A stretch of 64,000 nucleotides of DNA from Rhodospirillaceae bacterium (GTDB lineage Bacteria > Pseudomonadota > Alphaproteobacteria > GCA-2731375), in NCBI GenBank assembly GCA_018660265.1, contig JABJKS010000106.1, forward strand, positions 1,144 through 65,143, read 5' to 3'. The position numbers and the translations under genes are program-made. The first letter of the stretch is position 1. Each line of letters begins with the position of its first letter. The notes beneath the pieces were generated by a model. The model had not been told where the DNA came from. It did not search any database and saw only the letters and a program-made list of their open reading frames with translations. Shown here in pieces: positions 36,648 to 46,028 of the stretch.

Positions 36648-38663
36648 TTATTCAAAATGTCCGGCGATGCCAACAACGCCTGCCGCCTTTAACGAGTCTA
36701 TCTCATCATCCGGCAGGGAGAGAACCCGGCGCAAGACGAAATCATCGCCCTCCCCCAACAGCGGTGCCGTCTTGCGCAGGCCGGGGCGATGGCTGTTAAC
36801 CCGCCAAGGGGCAGCGACCAGGGCCTCATCCCCCGTGTAGGGGTGGGTGGAGGATATCCAACCGGAACAGTCCGCAAATACTGCCGAATTGTCGGTCTCA
36901 TCCAGTTCCAACAAATCTGCCCAGTGCCCGCCTAATGCGGTGCAGCGCTCAACAATATCAGCCCGGCTTAAACCCTCGAAATTTTCATCAGCGGCATCGC
37001 AGGGCACGGAGACGGCAATGAAAGATCCGTCTTTTGCCGTGACGATGGCATCACGGGTCGCGAGCGGTGGTGTCGGGGTTGCCGCCAATGTCGCGGCGGC
37101 CTCAATTTGGGAGACGTCAAAGGCCCGGCCCGTGCCGTCTTCTCCCGCAGCCAGGACGCCCGCCAGGAGGCCCATAGCCCCGAAGGCAGCTGCGTTGGGG
37201 TCGGAGAGGGAGAATGTGGGGGAGCCTAGGAATTCGCCGTCCTTGGTGATCAAATCCTCTGCCCCGCCCAGGGCGCTGAGCACCAGGCCGTAAGATCGCA
37301 GCTTTTCCACGGCTGAGCCTCGGCCGGGCCCGCTCATGGACATTTGTACCAAGGTCGGGTTGGCCTGAGCAAGATCGTCGGGACCCAGGCCAAGGCGCTC
37401 CATTGTGCCGACGGTGAAGTTCTCGATCAACAGATCGGACACGGCGGCCAGTTCCAGGGCCGTCTTGCGACCGTCGGGATGTTTCAGGTCAAGGGCCAGG
37501 CCGGTTTTGTTGCGGTTCAGGCTATGGAAATACAGGGAAGATTCGATGCGGGCCTTTTCCGGCATTTTTTTGCGCAGGGCTTCCAGGCCACGGGTGCGGT
37601 AGAGGTCAAAACGCCCAGGCGCTTCCATCTTGATGACTTCGGCTCCAAGGTCAGCCAGGATTTGACCGACCATGGGCCCAGACCAGACCCAGCACAATTC
37701 CAGACAACGCAGGCCCGCCAGGGGCGAACCGGCGACATCGTCATGTACACGCCGCTGCCGGTCCCGCGCTGCACCACCCGTCAGGGGTTGGATTTGGAAC
37801 GGCATCGCCGGTATGTCGTCAACAATGAAATTGTCGCGAAAAACGTCCCGGGCGGCAGCCTCCGCCTGACTATAGACCGGCGCGATCACAGCACCTTCGG
37901 CCAGGCCCCGTTGCAGCAACTCGTCCCGGCCCAAAGCCGACAAGGTGCCTTCCAGCAACCGGTCCGCCGCCGCACTGTCCCGCGCCAACACGAAAGGGTC
38001 CTGATAGGCTTCACCTTTGGCCCAGTCAGGATCGCCAACGGCTTTGCGGATGTTGTGCCAATCCCGCCGCGACCGTCCCAATAAGGCCACATAGCCATCT
38101 TTACAGGCGTAGAACCCCATGGGAAAGATGCCGCCGTGCTCAACGCACAGGCGACCATTGCGTCGCCAGGAGCGGACCATTTCTTCTGGCCCGCCGGAAT
38201 TTTGCAGGGAGAAGGAGCGCATAATATCGGCGGCGGAGACATCGTAGCGAACAGGCTTGCGCGCTTTGCCGTTGCCATTGCCATTTCGTTGCCGCCAGAC
38301 TTCAGCCAATGCCAGGATCACGCCATAGATACCGCACCATTTTTCGGGCATGTCGCTGGGCAGGGGGACGCCGGGGCCCCCTTTGTGACCAATCACGGCC
38401 GCGGCCCCTGATACAGCCGAGGCCAAGGCACCGGTGCCCGGATGCCCGACCTGGTAATCCCAAAGACGAATGACACAGTTGGCATCAGATGCCGTATCCC
38501 CGCCGACGACGGCAATATCCGTATCAGCCACGGCGGCATCGTCCCCGCCACCCAACATTCGCAGCCATTGCCGTGCGTAGGAGGTTGAGCGGTTGCTGGC
38601 AGTTACCGTAATTTCTGCTGCCGCTGAAAGGGGAACCTGTCTTGTTTTGCAGTCCTGGCTCAT
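36648..38663 (-). CDS. Family III (CaiB/BaiF) CoA-transferase, tandem two-domain form
   Basis: PLAGLRCLEL...GP..GQ.LADLGAEVIK.E, NRNK, ENF motifs in the C-half; degenerate second copy (GFYACKDG) in the N-half. Confidence 0.85.
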   Translation of the reverse strand: MSQDCKTRQVPLSAAAEITVTASNRSTSYARQWLRMLGGGDDAAVADTDIAVVGGDTASDANCVIRLWDYQVGHPGTGALASAVSGAAAVIGHKGGPGVPLPSDMPEKWCGIYGVILALAEVWRQRNGNGNGKARKPVRYDVSAADIMRSFSLQNSGGPEEMVRSWRRNGRLCVEHGGIFPMGFYACKDGYVALLGRSRRDWHNIRKAVGDPDWAKGEAYQDPFVLARDSAAADRLLEGTLSALGRDELLQRGLAEGAVIAPVYSQAEAAARDVFRDNFIVDDIPAMPFQIQPLTGGAARDRQRRVHDDVAGSPLAGLRCLELCWVWSGPMVGQILADLGAEVIKMEAPGRFDLYRTRGLEALRKKMPEKARIESSLYFHSLNRNKTGLALDLKHPDGRKTALELAAVSDLLIENFTVGTMERLGLGPDDLAQANPTLVQMSMSGPGRGSAVEKLRSYGLVLSALGGAEDLITKDGEFLGSPTFSLSDPNAAAFGAMGLLAGVLAAGEDGTGRAFDVSQIEAAATLAATPTPPLATRDAIVTAKDGSFIAVSVPCDAADENFEGLSRADIVERCTALGGHWADLLELDETDNSAVFADCSGWISSTHPYTGDEALVAAPWRVNSHRPGLRKTAPLLGEGDDFVLRRVLSLPDDEIDSLKAAGVVGIAGHFE

Positions 38664-39811
38664 GCGGGCGCGAGCGGTAATGGAACGGGGCCATCCTGTC
38701 GTGAGGGCAAAGCAACCACGGCTGTGCCCGAGGCCGATAACAAGTCAGATTGATTGCGGGCTTCTACTTTTAGATCGAGGAACTTGGCAGCGCCCACCTC
38801 CCGTTTGCCCAGAACTTCGCCACGCCACCAGATCGTATCGCCGACCATGTTCGGCTGCAGCACATTGACTTTTAGTTGATGCAGAAAGCCGTGATCGCCG
38901 ATCCAGTTGGTCAGCATGTGCTGGCCCCAGGCGATACGTTGTGGCCCGACGTCATAGGCCCCGCCCATGCCGACGTCCCGGCCTGTTGAGGCCTCCAAAT
39001 GGCCGCGCCCGGCGGAATCCTTGGCACCTGTTTCCGCATTGATATGGTAATCGTCGTGGCGGCGGCGATAGCGCAAGGCATCGCCATGCACCCCACCATA
39101 ATGCAACGCGCCTTGGGCGGCGGCATACCAGGCCAGGATATCGGTGATGGTCAACGGACCCTTGATAACGGGGGGTACATGGGCACCCACGTCCACATCT
39201 TCCCAATATAAGGGTACGTTCCCTTGCCGGGGTTCGGCTAGAACCTGTTCTTCAATGTCCGCCAGTTCCGCCGGTTCATAGCGATAAGCCACATGGCCTT
39301 TGGGTTCTTCACCGTCCTTACGTTTGCGACCGTCGCCACGGGGCGTGCGGGCGCATTTTCCGATGGCCTCGGCGATCAGATTTCCGTCCTGGTTCCGATA
39401 AGACAGGGCACCGGTCTGTAACGCCCATTTGCCAAACCGGCGGCCGGTCTTCACCTCCTGCTTGATCAGTTTGACATCAATTTTGAAGCTGTCGTTGATG
39501 CGGATATGGTCGTACCAGGTCCATTCCGTACCGGCATAGATCCATTGCACCCCGGCCAATTTTGGTGCCACGATTGTGCAGTCCACGGCGTAAAGTATGC
39601 AGGGCGGGGCCAAAATTGTACCTGCAGGAGATTTAGCGGCATAGTCCGCATCAAACCACAGGGGATTGTCGTCGCCGACGCCCCAGGCGAAATGGCGGAT
39701 GGTGTCCCGCGTGGTGGCCTCAATCCACTGCATACGGTCGCGGCGCAGGGGCACACCGATCAATTCAGCCGCCGCTGCCAGGGTCTCATCGTTTATCTGC
39801 CCCCAAGTCAT
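38660..39811 (-). CDS. Double hot-dog MaoC-family acyl dehydratase
   Basis: IRHFAWGVGDDNPLW, WEDVDVG...KGP, GAYDVGPQR; paralog of 7906-9060. Confidence 0.8.
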   Translation of the reverse strand: MTWGQINDETLAAAAELIGVPLRRDRMQWIEATTRDTIRHFAWGVGDDNPLWFDADYAAKSPAGTILAPPCILYAVDCTIVAPKLAGVQWIYAGTEWTWYDHIRINDSFKIDVKLIKQEVKTGRRFGKWALQTGALSYRNQDGNLIAEAIGKCARTPRGDGRKRKDGEEPKGHVAYRYEPAELADIEEQVLAEPRQGNVPLYWEDVDVGAHVPPVIKGPLTITDILAWYAAAQGALHYGGVHGDALRYRRRHDDYHINAETGAKDSAGRGHLEASTGRDVGMGGAYDVGPQRIAWGQHMLTNWIGDHGFLHQLKVNVLQPNMVGDTIWWRGEVLGKREVGAAKFLDLKVEARNQSDLLSASGTAVVALPSRQDGPVPLPLAPA

Positions 39812-39839
39812 GTCGTCACCTGCCTATTTTCTCCACCGG

Positions 39840-40889
39840 TTAGCTTTGGACATGGGGCATGACTTCTTTGGCGAACAGACGCAGCATATCCAGGCACTGT
39901 TGCACCCCATAGTAGGGCGGGTAATGCAGCATCAGGGAGGTGACGCCGATTTTCTCCAGCTCTTTAATGCGGCGGATCACGGTGTCGGGAGAGCCATGGA
40001 TAATGGTGGTATCCACCAAATTGTCGTAGGCAAACTGTGAAGCGTCATCTTTTTCCGTGACATCACCTAAATATCCGGCGGTATCACCCGACAGAAATGT
40101 CTTCATATGATAGGTGATGGCCGCCTCGCTCTCCTCCTTAGCCTTGGCATCGGTGGCTGCGACATAGACCATGCGGACAACGTCAAACTGTCCAAATGCC
40201 GGGTTCTGGTTTAGGGGTGCGGGTGCCGTTTTCATATGTTTTTGATAAAATTCGATGTTCTTGCCCAGCACCTCAATTGAAGGCAGAGAGCCCTGCATCA
40301 GGCCAAAGCCTTTTTCCGCTGCTAATTGCATAGAGTTTTCCGTGCCCGCGCCCATGAAAAAAGGCGGGTGGGGCCGTTGGACAGGTTGCGGGAAAATCTC
40401 GTAGCTTTCATCCATCTTGAACTTGAAGAATTTGCCGTCGGAATTGACCCGTTTTTTGTGGAAACCGTCCAATATCAGGTCTACCGCTTCGGCCTGACGC
40501 TCCCGCCGGCTGTCAAAATCAACACCCAGACCTTCGAATTCATATGGCCGATAGCCGGAACCAAGGCCCAACTGAAAGCGCCCCTCGCTCAAAATATCAA
40601 CAAAGGCGGCGTTTTCCACAATGCGCATGGGATGGTGCAAAGGCACCACCATTACTGCCGCCCCCAGTTTGATCCGCGTCGTTTTCGCGGCGAGATAGCT
40701 GAGATAGGCAAATGGATCCGGCATAATGCCGTAACGGTTGGAAAAATGATGCTCGGCGATCCAGATGCTATCAAAGCCTAATTCCTCGGCCTCAACGATT
40801 TCCCGTGTTACCCGCTCATGAATGGCTTGATGGGGGTAGACCTCTGTCTCCGGGTCCGGGTGGGACGTGAACAAAATACCAAACTTCAT
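39840..40889 (-). CDS. Luciferase-like (LLM) flavin-dependent oxidoreductase
   Basis: AEELGFDSIWIAEHHF, HP.R..E....D.LS.GR, GSPDTV, FAKEVMP. Confidence 0.92.
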   Translation of the reverse strand: MKFGILFTSHPDPETEVYPHQAIHERVTREIVEAEELGFDSIWIAEHHFSNRYGIMPDPFAYLSYLAAKTTRIKLGAAVMVVPLHHPMRIVENAAFVDILSEGRFQLGLGSGYRPYEFEGLGVDFDSRRERQAEAVDLILDGFHKKRVNSDGKFFKFKMDESYEIFPQPVQRPHPPFFMGAGTENSMQLAAEKGFGLMQGSLPSIEVLGKNIEFYQKHMKTAPAPLNQNPAFGQFDVVRMVYVAATDAKAKEESEAAITYHMKTFLSGDTAGYLGDVTEKDDASQFAYDNLVDTTIIHGSPDTVIRRIKELEKIGVTSLMLHYPPYYGVQQCLDMLRLFAKEVMPHVQS

Positions 40890-40952
40890 TTTGGTGCTTC
40901 CTCTATTTGCATCAACCTGACAGCAGCAAAATCATTATGGAACTGGACATAG

Positions 40953-40986
40953 TTGTCAATGTGCAATACTGTTGTCTATAGACAAT
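40953..40986. promoter_or_regulatory. Promoter/operator block with palindrome TTGTCTATAGACAA
   Basis: 30/34 identical to 10665-10698; lies between the LLM operon and the divergent IclR gene; includes minus-strand TTGACA at 40959-40954. Confidence 0.75.
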
Positions 40987-40997
40987 GGAATGACATA

Positions 40998-41798
40998 ATG
41001 ACCAATGCCGATGGGGCACGATCACAATCGAAATCATCAGGGGCCCCGGGGTCTGCAGGCCCCGCACGGCCCGTCACGGCGGTAAGCCGTGCTGCCAGCA
41101 TACTACGCTATTTAGGGCGTAGTCAGGTACCCCTGGGGGTCAATCGTATTGCCAGGGATTTGGATATTATCCCCAGCACGGCCCTGCATATCTTGCGCAC
41201 GTTGGCGCATGAAGATTTGGTGGTTTTTGATCCCAATACAAAGCGCTATGGACTTGGTGTCGGCGTTTTGGGTATCGCCCGCAACATGTTGGGCGGTAGT
41301 GGTTTTGTACAGGCGGCACAGGGCCATCTGAACGCCATTGCCGCGGAATTCGATATGGCTGCCATTGCCGTGGAATTGGACAGTCATGACCATATGGTGG
41401 TGACGGCTTTGGCGCGCTCCGGACTGGATCTGAGTATCCATGTCAATATTGGCAGCCATTTCCCGGCCTTGATTTCCGCGACGGGACGCTGCATCGCCGC
41501 CCAGCGCAACTGGGACCGGAAAGAATTGGCCGGGCGGTTCAAGGATTTACGCTGGCAGAACCCGCCGTCGTTCGAGGTTTGGCTGGAGGAGATTGAGGCG
41601 GCCCGTCGGAACGGCTTTGCCATTGATGACGGCAATTATATTCGGGGCATCATCATCGTGGCCGCACCCATTACCCAACCCCCAGGGGCACCCAGCCGGG
41701 CCATTGTTGCCGTCGGCGTGACCGGGCAGCTGGACGCTGGCCAACGCCAGACCCTGGCGCAAAAACTGCGGGCGGCAGCCGACAGTCTAGCTGCTTAG
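40998..41798 (+). CDS. IclR family transcriptional regulator
   Basis: AV.RA..IL, HTH (IARDLDI.PST..HIL.TL), SATGR, R.NGFA.D, VAAPI. Confidence 0.9.
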   Translation: MTNADGARSQSKSSGAPGSAGPARPVTAVSRAASILRYLGRSQVPLGVNRIARDLDIIPSTALHILRTLAHEDLVVFDPNTKRYGLGVGVLGIARNMLGGSGFVQAAQGHLNAIAAEFDMAAIAVELDSHDHMVVTALARSGLDLSIHVNIGSHFPALISATGRCIAAQRNWDRKELAGRFKDLRWQNPPSFEVWLEEIEAARRNGFAIDDGNYIRGIIIVAAPITQPPGAPSRAIVAVGVTGQLDAGQRQTLAQKLRAAADSLAA

Positions 41799-44134
41799 AT
41801 TTTTCCCAGCGCCCGTAGCAGCCGGGGCGGCGTGATGGGCGTTTCAGCGATTGAGGCCTTAAACGGTGCAATAGCATCGTTGACCGCATTCAGCACTGCG
41901 CCCACCGCACCCGCCGTTCCCGCTTCCCCCGCGCCCTTTGCCCCCAGTTCAGAGGTCTTGGTGGGGGTCTCAAGGTGGGCGACTTCAATATCGGGCATTT
42001 CACCGGCCATGGGGACCAGATAATCGGCGAAGCTGCCGGTCATGAGGTGGCCGTCTTCGTCATAGCGCAGCTCCTCGTACAAGGCCGCGCCTATACCTTG
42101 TACGACACCGCCGCGCACTTGTTCGCGCACCAACAAGGGGTTCAGGATACGACCGCAATCATGCACCACCAAATGGCGCAGGGGCGTGACGATGCCGCTG
42201 TCCACATCTACTTCCACAACGGCAATCTGTAGGCCGTTGCCCGCCAGGAACATGCGGTCACGGCTGCCGTAACGCTCCACCACCGTAAGATCGGCCGATA
42301 CGCCATCGGGGATCGTATAGGGTTGAAAGTGGCCAATGCGCCCGATCTCAGAGACCGCCATGTGCCGGCTGCCAGACGCGGCATCGATCACCACGCCCTG
42401 TTCGATGCTCAAATCGTTTGGCTCTTTTTGCAACAGGCTGGCCGCAATATTCAGGATATTGCCGCGCAATGTGCGCGCGGCCCCCAAGGCGGCTTCGCCG
42501 CCAAGGGCCGCACCACGGGAGCCCCAGGAACCGCCGCCCACGGGGCAAAGCGCGCTGTCTCCACTGATTACCTCGACGTCCGCCAGGGGGAGGCCCATAA
42601 CGCCGGCAACGACCTGTTGGATGCCGGTATCGATACCCTGGCCCTGGTCCGTAACGCCTGTATAGCAGCGCACGGTGCCGGAACCTTCCAAGCGTAACAG
42701 GCAGGTTTCCTGGGCCGAGATATGCTGGCCGCCTTCGCCATAATATTCCGGGCCAATCGCCGTCAGCTCCACGAAGGTGGCAATGCCGATGCCGCGATAG
42801 ATGCCTTGTTGGCCTAGTGCAGTCTGTGTCTCCCGAAACCCGGGCACATCGATCATCTGCAACGCTTTGTCCAGGCAACCGTTGAAGGACAGGCTTTCAA
42901 ATTCAACACCGCCCGCAGAGGTTCTGGGAAAATCGTCGTCGCTTAGATAGTTCATGCGCCGGACTTCGATAGGATCAAGACCAAAATCAGCCGCCCCCAT
43001 GTCCAGCAATCTTTCCGCCACGGCGCAGGCGATGGGGTGGCCCACGGATCGAATATGGCCCAGTATGCTTTTATTCAGGAAGGCCATGCGCAGACCTGCC
43101 CGATAATGTTCGTGGCCATAAGGTGCGCCGGTGAGGCGGGTAATCTGGTTGCCTTCGGCAATGGACGTGCGGGGATATTGGCCGTAGGCCCCGGCATTAA
43201 ACAGATCATCAACCTCAATGCCCAGAATTTTCCCGGCGGCGGAAAAGGCCATGCGGGCGTGCACCTCGTGATCCCGGCAGTGAATGTCGGAGAGGAAGCT
43301 TTCCAACCGGTCTGCAATGTATTTGACCGGACGGCACAATAGGCGGGCGGCCACGCAGGCGACCAGTTCATCGGCCATCAGGTGATGCTTCAGACCAAAG
43401 GCACCGCCCACGTCGGGACAGATCACCCGCACCTTGTGTTCGGGCAAAGCCAGTAGGCGGGCGTAAAGGTCTTGTTGTTGATGTGGGGTTTGGTGGGATT
43501 GGTGCACGGTCAGACGGTTTTCGCCTGGTTCAAATTCGGCAATGATGCCCCGGGGTTCCAGACTGACACCGGAATGACGGTTGAAGCGAAAATGCTCCTC
43601 AACCACGTGCGCTGCGTCCCTAAACGCCAAGGCCACATCGCCCGTCACAATTTCGGTTGAGAAGGCGAGGTTCGTGGTCATATCGTCATGCAGAACAGCG
43701 GCATCGGTGGCCAGGGCAGCCTTGGCATCGGTAACCGCCGGCAGTTCGTGCCAGGTGACGGCAACATGTTCCGCAGCGTCCTCGGCCTGGGCGCGGCTTT
43801 CGGCGACGACGGCAGCAACAGCTTCGCCCTGCCAGCGCGCGGTTTCCTTCGCCAGCGCATGCTGTTCCGGTGCCGCCATGGTTGGGAACAGCTTGTGTTC
43901 GGGCCGCCATGAGGAGACGGCGTCCTCCAGTTCCTTGGCGGTATAGACCGCGATCACACCCGGCATCGATATGGCTCCAGCCGTATCAATGGCTTCGATC
44001 CGGGCATGGGCATAGGGGCTTCGGACAAAGGCCAGATGCAGCATGCGGGGCAACTGAATATCATCCACGAACCGGCCACGGCCCGTCAGTAAGCGTTTCG
44101 CCCGATCCCTGGGAACTTCGGCACCGATGCTCAT
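41795..44134 (-). CDS. Xanthine dehydrogenase family molybdopterin-binding subunit (CoxL-like)
   Basis: RSPYAHARI, DVGGAFG.K, GQG..T, DCG...NP, GG..QGIG.ALYE, GAKGAGE. Confidence 0.92.
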   Translation of the reverse strand: MSIGAEVPRDRAKRLLTGRGRFVDDIQLPRMLHLAFVRSPYAHARIEAIDTAGAISMPGVIAVYTAKELEDAVSSWRPEHKLFPTMAAPEQHALAKETARWQGEAVAAVVAESRAQAEDAAEHVAVTWHELPAVTDAKAALATDAAVLHDDMTTNLAFSTEIVTGDVALAFRDAAHVVEEHFRFNRHSGVSLEPRGIIAEFEPGENRLTVHQSHQTPHQQQDLYARLLALPEHKVRVICPDVGGAFGLKHHLMADELVACVAARLLCRPVKYIADRLESFLSDIHCRDHEVHARMAFSAAGKILGIEVDDLFNAGAYGQYPRTSIAEGNQITRLTGAPYGHEHYRAGLRMAFLNKSILGHIRSVGHPIACAVAERLLDMGAADFGLDPIEVRRMNYLSDDDFPRTSAGGVEFESLSFNGCLDKALQMIDVPGFRETQTALGQQGIYRGIGIATFVELTAIGPEYYGEGGQHISAQETCLLRLEGSGTVRCYTGVTDQGQGIDTGIQQVVAGVMGLPLADVEVISGDSALCPVGGGSWGSRGAALGGEAALGAARTLRGNILNIAASLLQKEPNDLSIEQGVVIDAASGSRHMAVSEIGRIGHFQPYTIPDGVSADLTVVERYGSRDRMFLAGNGLQIAVVEVDVDSGIVTPLRHLVVHDCGRILNPLLVREQVRGGVVQGIGAALYEELRYDEDGHLMTGSFADYLVPMAGEMPDIEVAHLETPTKTSELGAKGAGEAGTAGAVGAVLNAVNDAIAPFKASIAETPITPPRLLRALGKI

Positions 44135-44598
44135 GATCTGCGCGCCTTGGCGACGGTTTCAACAGCATCGACAATGGCCTGATAGCCGGTGCAGCGGCAG
44201 AAGTTGCCTGAAAGGTAGTCGCGTATGTCATCACGGCTGGGGTCGGGGTTGGCGCGCAACAACTCCGCCGCGCTCAACAACATGCCCGGTGTGCAGAAAC
44301 CGCATTGCAGGGCATTCAAGGTATGGAACATCTGACGCAGGTCATCATCGACGCCGCCCTCGATTGTTTCAATCGCGCAGCCGTCTGCTTGGACGGCCAG
44401 GACCAGACAGCCGCGCACGGTCTCGCCGTCCATGACAATTGTGCAGGCCCCGCAGGCACCTTGCTCACAGCCCACATGGCTGCCGGTGAAGCCCAGATCA
44501 TGGCGCAGGAAATCCACCAGGTTCAGGCGTACGGGTACTTCGCGGGCGATCGCTTCACCATTCACCGTCAGGGCTATGCGCCAGTGTTTTGCCGTCAT
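44131..44598 (-). CDS. 2Fe-2S subunit (CoxS-like)
   Basis: GCEQGACGAC, QCGFCTPG, CRCTGY. Confidence 0.93.
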   Translation of the reverse strand: MTAKHWRIALTVNGEAIAREVPVRLNLVDFLRHDLGFTGSHVGCEQGACGACTIVMDGETVRGCLVLAVQADGCAIETIEGGVDDDLRQMFHTLNALQCGFCTPGMLLSAAELLRANPDPSRDDIRDYLSGNFCRCTGYQAIVDAVETVAKARRS

Positions 44599-45425
44599 TG
44601 GGGTAGCCTCGAAAGGGCGCGGCGCAACAGCACCTGGACCAGATGGCGGCGATAGGCCGGGGGATAGGCAGGATCATCGGGCGGTTCAATCTCAGTTGCG
44701 ATCATCTCCATGGCCGCATCAACGGCTGTTGGGTTGGCAGATAGAAGCGCCATCGTCTGCCCCGCCAGGACAGGACGGTCGGCAACGCCAAGCAAGGCAA
44801 TGCGCAAACTGTTTGGTGCCGCAACCAGGGCCAGGCCGGCCATGGCGAAATCCCCGCGACGGCGGGCGATCTCCTCAAAGACGCTGATGCTATTGCGAAC
44901 GGGTTTCGGGATGCGGATTGCGGTCAGAATTTCATCTGGTTGCAGCGCTGTTTCATAGACCCCCTTGAAGAAATCCGACGCGGCAACCCAGCGTTGCTCC
45001 CGTCCCGAGAGCAGAGAAAATGCACCGTCCAGTGCTAGGCAACAGGCACCCAGTTCGGCGGCAGGATCGGCCATGGCCAGGCTGCCGCCAATGGTACCGC
45101 GGTGGCGCACCGCCGGGTGAGCGATATGGTTGATGGCTTGATGCAACAGGGGTAAATCCCGGCCTATCAGTGGACTATCCGCCAGATCGCAATGGCGCAA
45201 CAGCGCGCCAATCTCGATATAGTCGTCGCCTTCAGTAATCTGTTTCAAATCGTCCAGGCGACCGATATCGATCAACAGTTCCGGCGCGGCGAGGCGAAAG
45301 TTCAGGATCGGCAACAGGCTTTGCCCACCGGCGACGATGGCCGCATCGTCACCATGGCGGGCCAGCAGGCCCAGGGCGTCGGCCATGGATTCGGGCCTTT
45401 GATAGTCGAAGTCCGGGGCCTTCAA
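44595..45425 (-). CDS. FAD-binding subunit (CoxM-like)
   Basis: AGGQSL.P, R.RGTIGGS...ADPAAE, RRRGDFA. Confidence 0.92.
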   Translation of the reverse strand: MKAPDFDYQRPESMADALGLLARHGDDAAIVAGGQSLLPILNFRLAAPELLIDIGRLDDLKQITEGDDYIEIGALLRHCDLADSPLIGRDLPLLHQAINHIAHPAVRHRGTIGGSLAMADPAAELGACCLALDGAFSLLSGREQRWVAASDFFKGVYETALQPDEILTAIRIPKPVRNSISVFEEIARRRGDFAMAGLALVAAPNSLRIALLGVADRPVLAGQTMALLSANPTAVDAAMEMIATEIEPPDDPAYPPAYRRHLVQVLLRRALSRLPQ

Positions 45426-45434
45426 GTGGGCGCC

Positions 45435-46013
45435 CTATTCGGCAGCGTCTTGATCCGGCAGGGAGATGGGGCAGTTATCTTCCCGGCTGACCAGATCAAA
45501 GACAAACAGGAACTTCGCCATTCCCACCAGGACGGCGAGGCAGACGCCCAGCTCAAATATCTCGCCATCATCAAAATGCTCCGACAGCGCCTGGTACAAC
45601 GGGCCGTTCATATAGCCATCCATGTTGGCCAGGGTCATTTCCTCACACAGCTCCAGGACGGCACGCTCCCGCGCATCGAAAACCGCATTGTCTGGGTCGA
45701 ACAGGGCATCCAATTGCGCCTGGGTCACGCCGTCGGCCAATGCGGCCTTGGAATTGCCACGGTTGCAAAAGGCGCAGCCGTGCATGGTGGACAGCTTCAT
45801 CCGCGCCAATTGCTTGATGCGTATATCTATCCGGCCACCATGGAACATCTGGGCGTAAAAGCTGTTGTAATACCAATCCAGCACTTCCGGGGCATTGCCC
45901 GCGACTTCAATCAACGTCGCCTCGTCCCGGTCGCGCATGGCATTGTCCCACAGAACCTGCAGGTCGGGGGGCAATTGGTCTCTGGAAACTTTTTTCAGTC
46001 GTGGATCAGGCAT
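45435..46013 (-). CDS. Carboxymuconolactone decarboxylase / AhpD-like protein
   Basis: K.LAR...S..HGCAFC (CxxC) and F..RERAVL segments. Confidence 0.8.
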   Translation of the reverse strand: MPDPRLKKVSRDQLPPDLQVLWDNAMRDRDEATLIEVAGNAPEVLDWYYNSFYAQMFHGGRIDIRIKQLARMKLSTMHGCAFCNRGNSKAALADGVTQAQLDALFDPDNAVFDARERAVLELCEEMTLANMDGYMNGPLYQALSEHFDDGEIFELGVCLAVLVGMAKFLFVFDLVSREDNCPISLPDQDAAE

Positions 46014-46028
46014 GCTCGTGCTCCTTCA

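Noticed and set aside
41795..45425. Aerobic CO dehydrogenase (form I)
   Set aside because: No AYRCSFR motif, hence no Cu-binding Cys, and no coxDEFG accessory genes.
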